Shown: positions 29,214-41,621, counted from the stretch's first letter. The stretch is DNA of 64,000 bases from an uncultured Pseudomonadota bacterium (GCA_963726085.1 CAVSAR010000011.1:74298-138297), one strand, 5' to 3'. Made by a program: numbers and translations. The notes: generated by a model from the letters alone, not told the origin.

Positions 29214-30130
29214 TTGAGAAATCCTGGGGCAATCAGGATCCGCGCCTGACTGCGCAATTGAGCCAAATTCTCCTTCTTGGCCCGCTCGGACTGCTGCGCG
29301 CGATAGGATTCGAATACCTGGTTGCGCACGGCCGTAAAGTCTGCAACCACAGCCACGTTGTGCCGCTCCACGACGATGATGTGCACGCCATCGCTGTCGG
29401 ACACCGGGTCCGAAACGTCGCCGTCGCCGAGCGCCGCGGCGACTGCGTAGAGTTTTTCACCAAGCTGCCGTTTCGCTTCGGCGCTCGACTGCTCACCGAC
29501 GCCCACTCGCCCGGAATCCACCAGCCCGAAATGCTGCATGACGTGATCAAGCGAGGCCCCGGCGCGCAACTGATACACCGCTTCCGCGGCATCGGCCTGC
29601 GCCTGTGCATTGCTCTGATCGGCGTTCTCGTAGCCCCCGACGTGAAGCACCAAATCATGCAGCGTGATGGGGCCGCTCACCGTGTAGTTGGCACGGTTGG
29701 CCTCATAGAAGGCGCGCAATTCGTCCTCCGTAGGAGGCTGCGCCGCCAGTGCGGCATCGGTCTGCGCCGAGACGCCCATGGCCATCGCATCTCGAACCTC
29801 AGTGGTGGTCTCTGGAAGGTCGAGCACCAGCGCGCGCTGCACCAGCACCTCTTCATCGATCATCTGATACAGCACCTGGGTGCGCTCTTCCGGGGTGGCC
29901 TCCTCGAACGGCTTGTCCACTACCGTCTTCACCTCGGAGATGAAATCGCTCAACAGAATGCCTTTCTGGTTAACCATGGCGATGTATCCCGGGGGCACGC
30001 CGGTTAGCACGCGCGGGGTCTGACGAAACATGCCAAATCCGGCCGCACCCACGCCCAGGGCGATCGCCAGCAGCGGCAGCACCAGGCTGCGGCGCGGGCG
30101 ATACAGCAGGTCGGCCAGGAATCGGGCCAT
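29210..30130 (-). CDS. SurA N-terminal domain-like periplasmic chaperone/peptidylprolyl isomerase-family protein.
   Basis: Start MARFLADLLYRPRRSLVLPLLAIALGVGAAGFG (cat 30128-30130) is membrane-anchored. The MVNQKGILLSDFISEV segment resembles the PpiD/SurA N-domain. No clear parvulin motif is seen. Confidence 0.45.
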   Translation of the reverse strand: MARFLADLLYRPRRSLVLPLLAIALGVGAAGFGMFRQTPRVLTGVPPGYIAMVNQKGILLSDFISEVKTVVDKPFEEATPEERTQVLYQMIDEEVLVQRALVLDLPETTTEVRDAMAMGVSAQTDAALAAQPPTEDELRAFYEANRANYTVSGPITLHDLVLHVGGYENADQSNAQAQADAAEAVYQLRAGASLDHVMQHFGLVDSGRVGVGEQSSAEAKRQLGEKLYAVAAALGDGDVSDPVSDSDGVHIIVVERHNVAVVADFTAVRNQVFESYRAQQSERAKKENLAQLRSQARILIAPGFLK

Positions 30131-30162
30131 GGCGGCGCGCAAGCGCGAGGCATTCAATTGAG

Positions 30163-30987
30163 TCACTGGAGTGTTCCGGCGGGCAAATCGGTTCCTGGCC
30201 CCGGGCGCGAGTGCGGTGGGTGCGAGGCCGCGTACACATACACTGCCAACGCGCGTATCTGCCCCAGACTCAGCGTCCGGCGCCATCCGGGCATGATGTG
30301 CCGCTGCCCGAAATAAATGGTGTTGTACAACGACTGCGATTCATCGGCGGACTTCCAGATCAAGCGGGTCAAGTCCGGCACGCCGTAAGCCGCGTTGCCA
30401 CGGGCATCAGGTCCGTGGCAGTCGCCACAATTCGCGGCTCCTTCAAACAGAACACGGCCATCATTGGCTGCCTCCGGCCGGTAATGCCAGTCATTTAATT
30501 TCAGGAGATATTGCACCACGTCCCGGACCTGGGCGTCATTGAGCATGCCCCGCAGGCCATATGCCGGCATTTCGTCCAGACCCCGTGACTTGCCAGCGCC
30601 GTTGCGGATTCCATAGAGCAGCGTGCGCTCGATCTCATACACACTGCCATCCCCGAACAGCCAACGGTCGTCGGTAAGATCCGGCGTGCCAATCCTGGGG
30701 TCGCCATGCAGATCCGACGCATGGCATTGAACACAATGCTTCAAGTACAGCGGCCGCGCCCATTGGTTGGCAAAGCGCACCAACTGGGGATCAGCCAACA
30801 TCGCATCGGGAAGGGCAGTCAGCAGCCGGCGCTCCATCCGTTCGCGCCGCATATGGAGCAACTGCGCAGCGGCGCCGACCAGAACCAGCACGGCCAGCAA
30901 CAGCATCCAGCGCCAATTGCGTGTGGCGACCGATCCGGCGCTGCGCAGCGGCTTCCTGATCTTATTTGCGTTGCTCGAGAGGCTCAT
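30163..30987 (-). CDS. Dihaem c-type cytochrome, membrane-anchored.
   Basis: 274 aa with an N-terminal TM helix and two CXXCH motifs (CVQCH, CGDCH). Confidence 0.75.
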   Translation of the reverse strand: MSLSSNANKIRKPLRSAGSVATRNWRWMLLLAVLVLVGAAAQLLHMRRERMERRLLTALPDAMLADPQLVRFANQWARPLYLKHCVQCHASDLHGDPRIGTPDLTDDRWLFGDGSVYEIERTLLYGIRNGAGKSRGLDEMPAYGLRGMLNDAQVRDVVQYLLKLNDWHYRPEAANDGRVLFEGAANCGDCHGPDARGNAAYGVPDLTRLIWKSADESQSLYNTIYFGQRHIMPGWRRTLSLGQIRALAVYVYAASHPPHSRPGPGTDLPAGTLQ

Positions 30988-30998
30988 TGCGCTAGTAT

Positions 30999-32969
30999 TT
31001 GCAGCCTACTACGGTTGGGTCACGGGTATTCATGATCGGCACTGGGACAGTAGCGAAGCCTGGAGAAGCGGTCTACCCGCGCTCCCATCGCCTTGTCCGG
31101 CGACTGGCGCTGTTTTACGCGATAGCCGCGATTGCCACTGGCACCCTGCTGCTGGCCGGGCTGTTGCCCGATGGCACCGCGACGCAGCTTCGATCACTGG
31201 CCGGTGAGGCCATCGCGGGTGGACTTGCCGGCCTTGTTCTTTCGGCACTCCTGCTGTCCCTTACTGGCCTGCTGGCCACGCTCGCGCTGACCACCGCCCG
31301 CTTTCGACACGCCACTGCGGACCAAGCCGCAGCTGCAGCCCGATGGCGCGATGCGTTGCGGCACCCAGGAGTGGCCGCACGCGTTGGGCAAGCCGTCATT
31401 GTCACGGCTGGCGCCCTGCTGGTCTTTCTGGTCACGCGCCTGTTCTGGCCCACTGCCGTTAATCCCGCCAATGCCACTATTGCCAACATTGCCGGCGCGT
31501 TCGTGCTGGCGCTGGCATTTGCATCCCTCGTGTCCGAGCGCGTGCTCAACTCTTTCCCCGCCCCGCAGCTGCCGGAAGCCCCAAGCTTGCGGCGCCTGCT
31601 GTTGCTGACCACTGTACTGCTGGCGGCCGCTGCCGCGATCGAATTCGCGCGGGGCGCCATGGTCGCCTGGTTGCACTGGCCGCAAATGGTGATTGCCTGC
31701 GTGCCGGGGCTTATCGCGCTGGAGCTGGCGTTGCGCGCATTGGCTCGGCTGTTCCTGCCTGCGCCGCCAGCCGCCACCGCCACTGCGGTCACCGACAGCC
31801 TGCTCGCGGGCCTGCTTACCGGTGGGCCGCGCTCGCCTGGCACGCTGTTGCGCACCCATCTGGGACTGGATTTCGCGCGCAGCTGGGCGTTGTCGTTCCT
31901 GAGCGCCGCCATCTTGCCCGCGCTGTTCGGCACGGCGCTGCTGTGCTGGGCATTGACCGGGCTGAAGCTCATCGATCTGGGGCAGCGCGGCATCTACGAG
32001 CGCTTCGGCGCTCCGGTTGCCGTGCTGGGTCCGGGACTGCATTTGCTGATGCCCTGGCCACTGGGCCGATTGCGCCCGGTGGAGTTCGGGACCATCCACT
32101 CGGTGGCCATTGGCGTCGACGACGCAACGCCCCAGTCCGAAGAGCACATAGCCGCCGAGGCCACGCCGCCCGTCAGTCTGAACCGGCTCTGGGAAAGCGC
32201 ACATCCCGGGCAGGCCGAATATCTGGTTCCCAGCCCGGGCACCGGGCAGCAGGGCTTTCAGAGCGTGAGCACCGAGATCAGGGTCCTGTACCGCGTCGGG
32301 CTGACTGATGCAGCGGCCCTGCAGTCGGTGTACACGGTTGCGGATCCACAGGCCCTGATCCGGTATGCGGGAAGCCGCCTGGTGCTGCGCTACTTCAACT
32401 CGCGCACGCTGGATGCCGTGCTTGGTGCGCAGCGCGATAACGTTGCAACAGCCCTGCAGGAGGCACTGACTGCCGACCTCAACTCGCACCATGCCGGGAT
32501 CGAGATCGTTTCGGTGCTGATAGAGGAGATCCATCCTCCCGCGGGGGCTGCTGCCGCCTACCACGCGGTCCAGGCCGCTGAGATCAATGCCAGCGCCAGT
32601 ATTTCCGATGAGCGCGGACGCGCCACGCGCGTTGCTGGCGTCGCGCAGCAGGAAGCACATCAGCTGCTGGTCGGGGCGACCGCGCGTGCCGCCGAGGACA
32701 TCGACGCCGCCAATGCCGAGGCCTATCGATTCAACGCGGAACGTCGTGCCTATGCCGACGGCGGCCAGGCATTTCTGCTCGAACGCTCCTTTTCGAGACT
32801 GCAGGCTGCCCTTGCCGACAGGTCCCTATTGCTCATCGATCATCGCCTGAGTTCCGCCGAGGTTCCGGTTCTCGACCTGCGCCAGCGCGAGAAGGCGGCC
32901 GCAGGGGCCAGGATCGATGGTACCGATGCCGTCCTGGAGCTGGGTAGCCCGCCTAACAGCACCCGCTGA
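30999..32969 (+). CDS. SPFH/band-7 domain protein with a large N-terminal polytopic membrane domain.
   Basis: 656 aa from a TTG start (alternative ATG at 31032). The first ~300 aa hold several TM helices. The SPFH core follows (GIYERFGAPVAVLGPGLHLLMPWPLGRLRPVEF) with an Ala/Glu-rich coiled coil. Confidence 0.65.
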   Translation: MQPTTVGSRVFMIGTGTVAKPGEAVYPRSHRLVRRLALFYAIAAIATGTLLLAGLLPDGTATQLRSLAGEAIAGGLAGLVLSALLLSLTGLLATLALTTARFRHATADQAAAAARWRDALRHPGVAARVGQAVIVTAGALLVFLVTRLFWPTAVNPANATIANIAGAFVLALAFASLVSERVLNSFPAPQLPEAPSLRRLLLLTTVLLAAAAAIEFARGAMVAWLHWPQMVIACVPGLIALELALRALARLFLPAPPAATATAVTDSLLAGLLTGGPRSPGTLLRTHLGLDFARSWALSFLSAAILPALFGTALLCWALTGLKLIDLGQRGIYERFGAPVAVLGPGLHLLMPWPLGRLRPVEFGTIHSVAIGVDDATPQSEEHIAAEATPPVSLNRLWESAHPGQAEYLVPSPGTGQQGFQSVSTEIRVLYRVGLTDAAALQSVYTVADPQALIRYAGSRLVLRYFNSRTLDAVLGAQRDNVATALQEALTADLNSHHAGIEIVSVLIEEIHPPAGAAAAYHAVQAAEINASASISDERGRATRVAGVAQQEAHQLLVGATARAAEDIDAANAEAYRFNAERRAYADGGQAFLLERSFSRLQAALADRSLLLIDHRLSSAEVPVLDLRQREKAAAGARIDGTDAVLELGSPPNSTR

Positions 32970-32996
32970 TCACCATAGTCAGGTAAAAGAAAATGT

Positions 32997-33984
32997 TTGC
33001 CACATCACGACAACCCCGATCACGACCATGATCATGACCATGACCACGACTTCAGGTTCGGTCTGCGCATCGGGGTTGCCGCACTGATCCTGCTGGCCGC
33101 GATTGCGGCGGCCTGCATCGTCATGGTCCCCGCCGGCGAAGCCGGTGTGATCACCCGCTTCGGCAACCCGGTGCGCGTGGTGACCGAGCCGGGACTGGCG
33201 TGGAAGCTGCCCGCGCCGTTCGAGAGCACGATTCCGTCGATCTGCGCCTGCGCACGACCTCCACTGGACTGCAGGACGTCGGCACGCGCGATGGGCTGCG
33301 CGTCCTGGTGCAGGCCTACGTTGCCTGGCAGGTGCCGGACGATCCGCAACGGGTGCGCCAGTTCCTGCGCTCGGTGCGCAATCAACCCGATGAGGCGGCC
33401 GTGCAGCTGCGCAGCTTCGTGAGCGCTGCGCTGCACATCATCTCGAGCAATTTCGATCTCACGGATCTCGTAAATATCGACTCGAACAAGGTGCGGCTCG
33501 ACGCCTTTGAGCAGGCTCTCAGCGAGCAGGTCGCCCCGCGCATGCTGCAGATCTATGGCATCGATATCCGCCAGGTCGGCGTCGAGCGCATGACGCTGCC
33601 GGATGAAACGCTGGCGGCGACGGTTGCCAGAATGCGCGCGGAGCGCGAGACCGTGGCGGCGGAACGCACCGCGGAGGGCCTGCGGCAGGCAGCGGCGATC
33701 CGCGCCGATGCCGATCGTGATGCGCGCGAAGTCGTCGCGCAGGCGCGCGAACAGGCCGCGCATACGGAAGCCGATGCGCAGCAGGCGGCGGCCCGCATCT
33801 ATGCCAAGGCCTACCAGGGCGATCCAGGCCTCTACAGCACCCTGCGCTCGCTGGATGCGATCAGCCAGATCATCGGGCGCAACACGAGCCTCGTGCTGCG
33901 CACGGATGCGGCACCGTTTCGGGTACTGGTAGACGGACCCTCCGGCGCCGCACCGCCCCCGGCAAGGCTGGCACGCAGAAGTGA
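32997..33984 (+). pseudogene. SPFH/band-7 (HflC-like) protein. The reading frame is broken by 1-2 single-base indels (probable sequencing errors).
   Basis: N-terminus MPHHDNPDHDHDHDHDHDFRFGLRIGVAALILLAAIAAA...GEAGVITRFGNPVRVVTEPGLAWKLPAPFESTIP continues in another frame as VDLRLRTTSTGLQDVG... (frame switch near 33235). A one-base change in the C5 run near 33955 would give ...PPPGKAGTQK-stop, forming a GTGA overlap with the next gene's GTG start. Confidence 0.6.
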
Positions 33985-35071
33985 CCAACGAGCTCGACAT
34001 CGCCGGCGAGCACGCGCACCCGCATCCGGAGGGACCGCCGCCGCCGCCGCCGCCAGGACCGATCGCCCAGTCGGTGGCGATCGGATTCCACGTCGTGTAC
34101 ATCGTCGGCCTGCTGTTGCTGTTCTTCTGGCTGACCAGCAATGTGCGGGAGATTGCCTCCGACAGCCAGGCCGTGGTGCTGCGCTTCGGCCGCATCGTCC
34201 GGTCGCAGGAAGCCGGGCTGCTGCTGGCCTGGCCGCGCCCGATCGAGCAGGTGCAACTGCTGCCCGGCCCAGAGCGACAATTGAGCCAACCCGTCGCACC
34301 GCTGCCGCCAGCAAGCGAGGCGTCACAGCAGCTGGTCGGGCCGTTCAAGGGCAATCAGGCCATACCGCAGAACGTCTCGTCCTATCTGACCGGTGACGGC
34401 AACGTCGTGCTCCTTGATGCCACGCTGATCTATCGCATCAGCGATCCCGTCGGCTATGCCCTGGCCCAGAGCCACGTTGCCGCGGCGCTTGACCGGCTGT
34501 TCCGCGCCACGACAGTACGGGTCGTGGCCGGCCGCACTCTGAATGACTTCCTCGTCGTCCCCAGCAATGCAGAGGCTGGTGCAGAGGGCCAGGCGCAACT
34601 GGCGCTGCGCGGCGAAGTACGCAGCTCCCTGCTGCAGTCCATGAACGAGCGCCTGCGCGCGCTGGCCGCGCGCGGCGCTTCGCGGGCGTCGAGATCGAGC
34701 GCATCGACATGACCGCATGGCTGCCGCCGCAGGCGAAATCGGCCTTCGACGCGGTGCTGATTGCCAGCCAGGCCGCGGATCGCGGCGTGGCGGTGGCGCG
34801 AACCGATGCCGAGCGGCGGCGCCAGGAATCGGCCCGCCAGCGCGATCAACTGCTCAGCGCGGCCCAGGCCACGGCGCAGGAACTGGTAAGTGGCGCCAAC
34901 GTCAATACCGCGGGGATACTCGCGCTGGAGCACGAGGAGACGCCGCAGACCCGCAGCAGCCTGCTGCTGCGCGAATATCGTGCGCGCACGGCCGACATCA
35001 TGAACCGCGTCGGCTCTGCGACCCTGGTCGACTCGCACGGCGCAACGCGCCTGTTGCTCCCGGGGAAATGA
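33981..35071 (+). pseudogene. SPFH/band-7 (HflK-like) protein with one frameshift (probable sequencing error).
   Basis: GTG start MTNELDIAGEHAHPHPEGPPPPPPPGP, then a TM helix and SPFH core (AVVLRFGRIVRSQEAGLLLAWPRPIEQV). The frame switches near 34690 within gcgcgcgcggcgc and continues FAGVEIERIDMTAWLPPQAKSAFD... to the stop at 35071. Confidence 0.6.
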
Positions 35072-35085
35072 AACTATGAACACGA

Positions 35086-37028
35086 TGTCAGGCTCGGTAC
35101 ATGAGAATTCCCTGCGGATTCCGGCGGCCGCCCCCTGGCCCTGCTGGATCGCGCCGAGCGCATGGTGCTGGGCCTGCGCCTGACGCTGGCGCTGGCGGCG
35201 CTGTGCCTGCTGCTGGTCGCGGGCGCAATGCGGCTGTTCCTGCCTGCGCAGCAGGGCATCGCCGAACTGGTGGCCGGTGTCGCCGCAGCACTGGTGGCCG
35301 TACCGGTGTTTGTGGAAGCCTGGGCCAGCCTCGGCATCCGAGCCTGCACGGCATCACCGACCGCCTGGTGGCGCTGGCACTGATCGCCGCCTGGGCGACC
35401 GGGGATCTGATGACCGCGGCGTTCCTGCCCATCATCATGACCATCGGGCACGTGCTGGAAGAGCGCAGCATGCTGGGCTCGCACGAGGCCGTGCGCGCAC
35501 TGACCAGACTGACCGAGGTTGATTGCAATCGCCTGCTGCCGGATGGCAGCTGGGAACTGGTGCCCAGCGCGCAGCTGCGCGTGGGCGACGTGATCGAGCT
35601 GCGCGCAGGTGATCGGGTGCCGGCCGACGGGATCGTCCGCCGCGGGCGCTCCAGTCTCGACATGGCTTCGCTGACGGGGGAGTCGGTGCCCGTGGAGGTT
35701 CACGAGGGCGACCAGGCACTGGCCGGCGCGATGAATGTCGACGGCCTGCTGCAAGTCGAGCTGACGCGCGTGGGCGAGGAAAGCACGGTCGGCCGAATCA
35801 TCACCCTGATGCGCGAGGCCGAGAACGCCAAGCCGCCGGTCACGCGGCTGCTGGATCGCTACGCCGGCCAGTACATGGCGCTGGTGCTGCTGGTCGCGGC
35901 TGGCACCTGGCTGATCACCGGCAATGTGCCGGCGATGCTGGCGGTGCTGGTGGCTTCCTGTCCCTGCGCGCTGGTGCTGGCCGCGCCTGCCACCGCCGTG
36001 GCGGCCATCGCCGTGGCCGCGCGCCACGGCATCCTGATCAAGGGCTCGGCATTCCTCGAGCATCTGGCCGATGTTTCCTCGGTGATTTTCGACAAGACCG
36101 GCACGATGACGACCGGTGATCTGCATCTGGCGCAGACCCAGCCGGTGGCCGGCGTCGATGCCGAGGAACTGCGGCAACTGGCCGCCAGCCTGGGCGCCGC
36201 CAGCAACCATCCGCTGAGTCGGGCAGCCGCCGCCGCGGTGCCCCAGGACAGGCGCGTGCCGCTGGAGGATACCCGCGAGCTGGGCGGATTCGGCGTCACG
36301 GGCAACTACCGGGGCGAGCGGTTGCACTGGGGCGCGCGGATCTGTTCGAGCGCCTTGGGATTGCAGCGCCGCTGCCACCGGCGCACAACGGCCCGATTGC
36401 AGGCGTCAGCCGCGGCGACACGTTCCTGGGCTGGTTGCTGTTCCTCGATCAGCTGCGCAGCAGCGCCACCCCTGCGGTACAGGACCTGAGGGGACTGGGC
36501 ATCGAGCATATGGTGCTGCTGACCGGCGATCGCACTGCCGTCGCGCGCCAGGTCGCCGGCGAAGTGGGCATCGACGACGTCTTCGCCGAGATGCTTCCCG
36601 AGCAGAAGATGGACCAGGTGATGCAGGAGATCAAGCGCGGCCATCGCCCCATGGTGGTCGGCGACGGCATCAACGATTCACTGGCCCTGCGCGCCGGCGC
36701 GGTCGGCGTCGCCATGGGCAGCCAGGGCGCGGACGTCGCGTTCGCCTCTGCCGATCTGGCGCTGATGACCAACGACCTGCGTCGCCTGGGCACCTGCATT
36801 CGCCTCAGCCGGCGTTGCCGCCGAACGATTTATGTCAACGTGGCGATCGGGCTGGGATTCACCTTTGGACTGACCGTGCTGGCGGGTGCGGGTGTGCTGG
36901 GAATCGAGGCGCCCATCATCGCGGCGCTGCTGCACAACGTCAGCACCTTCCTCGGCATCGGCAATGCCGGACGGCTGCTGCTGTTCGACGAGACACAGGC
37001 CAGCGCCGTGTCGGCCGCCACCGCCTGA
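35086..37028 (+). pseudogene. Heavy-metal translocating P1B-type ATPase, reading frame broken by at least two single-base indels.
   Basis: Pieces in three frames: N-terminal TM region (LVAGVAAALVAVPVFVEAWASL... / HPSLHGITDRLVALALIAAW), a core with CPC (VASCPCALVLAAP), DKTGT and HP, and a C-terminal piece (36435..37028) with GDGINDSLAL. The frame switches near 35335 and near 36340, the latter a single G in cggatc. The exact start is uncertain. Confidence 0.6.
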
Positions 37029-37043
37029 TCTCGTCCGGGAAGG

Positions 37044-37811
37044 CTAGCGAGCCTGCATGGCCTGGCGCGCGGGCGTAGCTCGATGCTGCGTCCACTCCCC
37101 CAGGCAACCAAACAGCACGCCGATTGATCCCCACAGGACTGTCTGGATGCCCAGCGATGCCATCCGGAAATCCCAAAGCGTGACCGCCGGAAAGTTCTTC
37201 GGCACCTCGTTGATCGCCGGCAGCAACAGGAAAGCCGCGCCAATCACGACGAGGTACAGCACCATCGCCGCCAGGGTCGAATTCCAGGGACCTTTCCTGC
37301 CGATCAGGCGGCGCTGCATCATTGCCGCGCCCACGGTCGCCGCAACCGAGATCGCCACCATGAGGAAATACATCGCGGTGCGGTACTTGATGGTATCGGG
37401 TTCACCCACCGAGGGCGGATTGGCCGGGTACTTGAGGGCCGGAACCACATAGACAGACATCAGTCCCAGCAACGCCAGCAATGCCGACGTGGGGCCAGGT
37501 CCCAGCAGACCCAGGCGTCCATTGGCTATGGCGAACAGCACGGCGAACAAGCATCCCAGGCCAGCGCCCACCACCACCAGGCCCGTCAGCAATCCGATGC
37601 CACTTTGCACCGTGCGGCTGAAGATTTCCGGTTCCTCTTCTTCGGCCTTTTGGCCAGCTGCGACTGCCGCAGCCGCCTTGGCTTCGTTTTGCGCAGATTC
37701 GAAGCCGATGGCACTCTCGACCGGGGCTTCACCGAATGCCCTTGCCCAGCCAAATGCCAGCAAGCCGGCCGCTATGCCGATGATCAGCCCGTAAAGTATG
37801 AGTCGTCCCAC
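37044..37811 (-). CDS. cbtA: CbtA family cobalt transporter subunit.
   Basis: 255 aa. The multi-helix membrane protein MGRLILYGLIIGIAAGLLAFGWARAFGEAP resembles CbtA. It lies immediately downstream of a CbtB-like small ORF. Confidence 0.7.
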   Translation of the reverse strand: MGRLILYGLIIGIAAGLLAFGWARAFGEAPVESAIGFESAQNEAKAAAAVAAGQKAEEEEPEIFSRTVQSGIGLLTGLVVVGAGLGCLFAVLFAIANGRLGLLGPGPTSALLALLGLMSVYVVPALKYPANPPSVGEPDTIKYRTAMYFLMVAISVAATVGAAMMQRRLIGRKGPWNSTLAAMVLYLVVIGAAFLLLPAINEVPKNFPAVTLWDFRMASLGIQTVLWGSIGVLFGCLGEWTQHRATPARQAMQAR

Positions 37812-37851
37812 GGGACCCCCCTCAACATCGCATTGTCTGGATGAGACTTAA

Positions 37852-38073
37852 TCAGTGGCAAGGAAACCCGAGCAGGTGCCGTGCATCGTGGACGAACTCG
37901 TGTATGCCCATGCCGCTGACCATCGAAGTGGCACCCTGCTCCGCGCCCACGAAGTAATACGCCATTACCATGACCAAGCCACCCAGGACGGCCCAAGGCA
38001 CGATCTTCCTGAGCGGAATGGCGGGTGTAGCGCTAGCGGATACACCCACTTGTTGATCGGCAGCAGCGGCCAT
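37852..38073 (-). CDS. cbtB: CbtB cobalt transporter subunit.
   Basis: 73 aa from MAAADQQVGVSA (cat 38071-38073, RBS GGAGA). It has a single TM helix and the C-terminal His-rich tail HEFVHDARHLLGFPCH that is characteristic of CbtB. Confidence 0.7.
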   Translation of the reverse strand: MAAAADQQVGVSASATPAIPLRKIVPWAVLGGLVMVMAYYFVGAEQGATSMVSGMGIHEFVHDARHLLGFPCH

Positions 38074-38190
38074 CGTTCGTCTCCAGGGACCCCTATGTTC
38101 CCAGTCTATCCAACAGCAGGGAAAAATCCCAACTCCGGGAGATAATGGGGGTTTCTTGCGACCTGAAGCTGCCAAGTCCTACAGACGCAT

Positions 38191-38778
38191 ATGGCCACTC
38201 GAATCACCCTGATCTGCCAGGCGACGACCAAAGCGCTGCGTTCGGCCACCTTCGGTGGCGACGATTCGCTGGACGACATAGGCAGGGTGCAGGCCCAGCG
38301 CCTTGCCGGCAGCATCGGCCAGGTCAATCACTGCTGGACCAGTCCGGCGCTGAGCGCCCGCGAAACCGCCACGGCACTGGGCCTGGTCGCAACACCCGAC
38401 GCGCGGTTGCGTGACTGCGACTTCGGCAGATGGACCGGCCTGCGGTTCCAGCAGCTGCTGTTGCGAGAGCCCAGGAAACTCGTGCGCTGGATGAAGGATC
38501 CAGGCTCCGCGCCCCATGGCGGGGAATCGATCCCGCAGGTCATTGATCGGGTGGCAGGCTGGATTGACGAGCGCGGCCGCGATCCCGGGCACACCGTGGC
38601 CATTACCCATGCGTCGGTGATCCGCGCGGCGATCGTCCACGTGATCCTGGCGCAGACCCCGACGTTCTGGCGGATCGACGTGCTACCGTTGTCGCGGACG
38701 CAGCTGCGCACCAATGGCCGGCGTTGGGTATTGCGCTCGCTGGACACCGGCTGGGGCACCGAGGCAGAAAGAGAATAA
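38191..38778 (+). CDS. Histidine phosphatase superfamily (CobC/phosphoglycerate mutase-like) homologue with a degenerate catalytic motif.
   Basis: 195 aa. The N-terminus [10 protein letters not shown] aligns to the canonical RxxLxRHGET motif, but the Arg, His and Gly are replaced by Cys, Gln and Ala. The C-terminal [10 protein letters not shown] matches the conserved (S/T)HGGxIRA region. Confidence 0.5.
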   Translation: MATRITLICQATTKALRSATFGGDDSLDDIGRVQAQRLAGSIGQVNHCWTSPALSARETATALGLVATPDARLRDCDFGRWTGLRFQQLLLREPRKLVRWMKDPGSAPHGGESIPQVIDRVAGWIDERGRDPGHTVAITHASVIRAAIVHVILAQTPTFWRIDVLPLSRTQLRTNGRRWVLRSLDTGWGTEAERE

Positions 38779-38782
38779 TCCG

Positions 38783-40624
<1,842 letters not shown>

Positions 40625-40714
40625 GAGTGCACACGGCCGCAGCTGCGGCCGATTGGCCGGTCCACGCGCGTGGATCTGGCTTGCCAAGTTGCCCGGCCGT
40701 GCCATGCTGCAGAC

Positions 40715-41621
40715 ATGGTGCGCCACGGGCTCGTCCTTGCTCATCGAATGCTTGGCGTCGCACTGGCGATCTTGCTGGTACCCGCGGCCCTTACCGGGAG
40801 CGTGCTGGTCTGGAAGGACTCGCTCGATGCGCGACTGAACCCCCAGCTGTACTTCGCCGGCGACCACCGCGCAACCCTGAGTGAACGCCAGTTAGGTACC
40901 CTGCTGCGGGACCGGTTTCCCGCGGTGCGGATCGGCTGGATCGAAATGCCCGCCGCGCCTGGACGCAGCGCAAGGATCAGCGTGGGCAATTGGCCACGCA
41001 CCGACATGCAGCGGCAAATCAACGAGGTGTTTGTCGACCCGGCCACCGCGGATATCCTGGGGGTCAGCAGCACGGTCGCACCGGGGCTCAACCGCCAGGA
41101 GATCATTCCGTGGCTGTACCGTTTCCACTACACCCTGATGCTGCGTCGCACCGGCATGCTGATCATGGGTGCGGTAGCGATGGCCTGGTTGCTGGACTGC
41201 GTTGGGCATGTTGCTGACGTTTCCCAGGTCCCTGTTTCGCTGGAACAAGTGGCAGCTGGCCTGGCGCGTCCGAACCTCGCGCCTGGATTTTGACTTGCAC
41301 CGCGCATCCGGGCTCTGGTTCTGGCCGGTCCTGGTGATCCTGGCTGCATCGAGCGTTTACCTGAACCTTACCCACGAGGTGTTCGTTCCGGTCACGCAAT
41401 GGCTGGCGCGGGCACTGTTGCCCGAGCACCTGAGATTGCCGGTGACAGACGCGGTGCTGGACTGGCAATTCCCGCTGCACAACGGCGAGGCCTTCGGCCT
41501 CTCAGGACGAATCATCGTCTGTACCTGCGGTCTGGTCATTACCGTCCTCGCGGTCAGCGGGATCGTGACCACGATGCGCAAGTTATCAACCGGTCGCCGC
41601 CATCCGCACATCCCTGGCTAA
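40715..41621 (+). pseudogene. PepSY-associated TM helix domain protein, interrupted by one frameshift (probable sequencing error).
   Basis: Start MVRHGLVLAHRMLGVALAILLVPAALTGSVLVW. The frame switches near 41205 (LLDCVG / MLLTFPRSLFRWNKWQLAWRV) and continues with DLHRASGLWFWPVLVILAAS. Confidence 0.55.

Noticed and set aside
31194-32660. 488 aa minus-strand ORF opposite the SPFH gene.
   Set aside because: Low-complexity Gln/Arg/Gly-rich translation with no domain. The plus-strand SPFH frame is supported by the band-7 motif.
33200-34396. 398 aa ORF extending the HflC-like protein by about 140 residues of Arg/Ala-rich tail into the next gene.
   Set aside because: Read-through caused by a single-base indel in a C-run near 33955. 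The corrected frame stops at 33982-33984 with a neat GTGA overlap.
35101-35330. N-terminal 75 residues of ORF 35101..36489 (MRIPCGFRRPPPGPAGSRRAHGAG...).
   Set aside because: Wrong frame. The genuine TM region of the ATPase is read in the frame of ORF 35162..35383, and the frames are joined by a frameshift near 35335.
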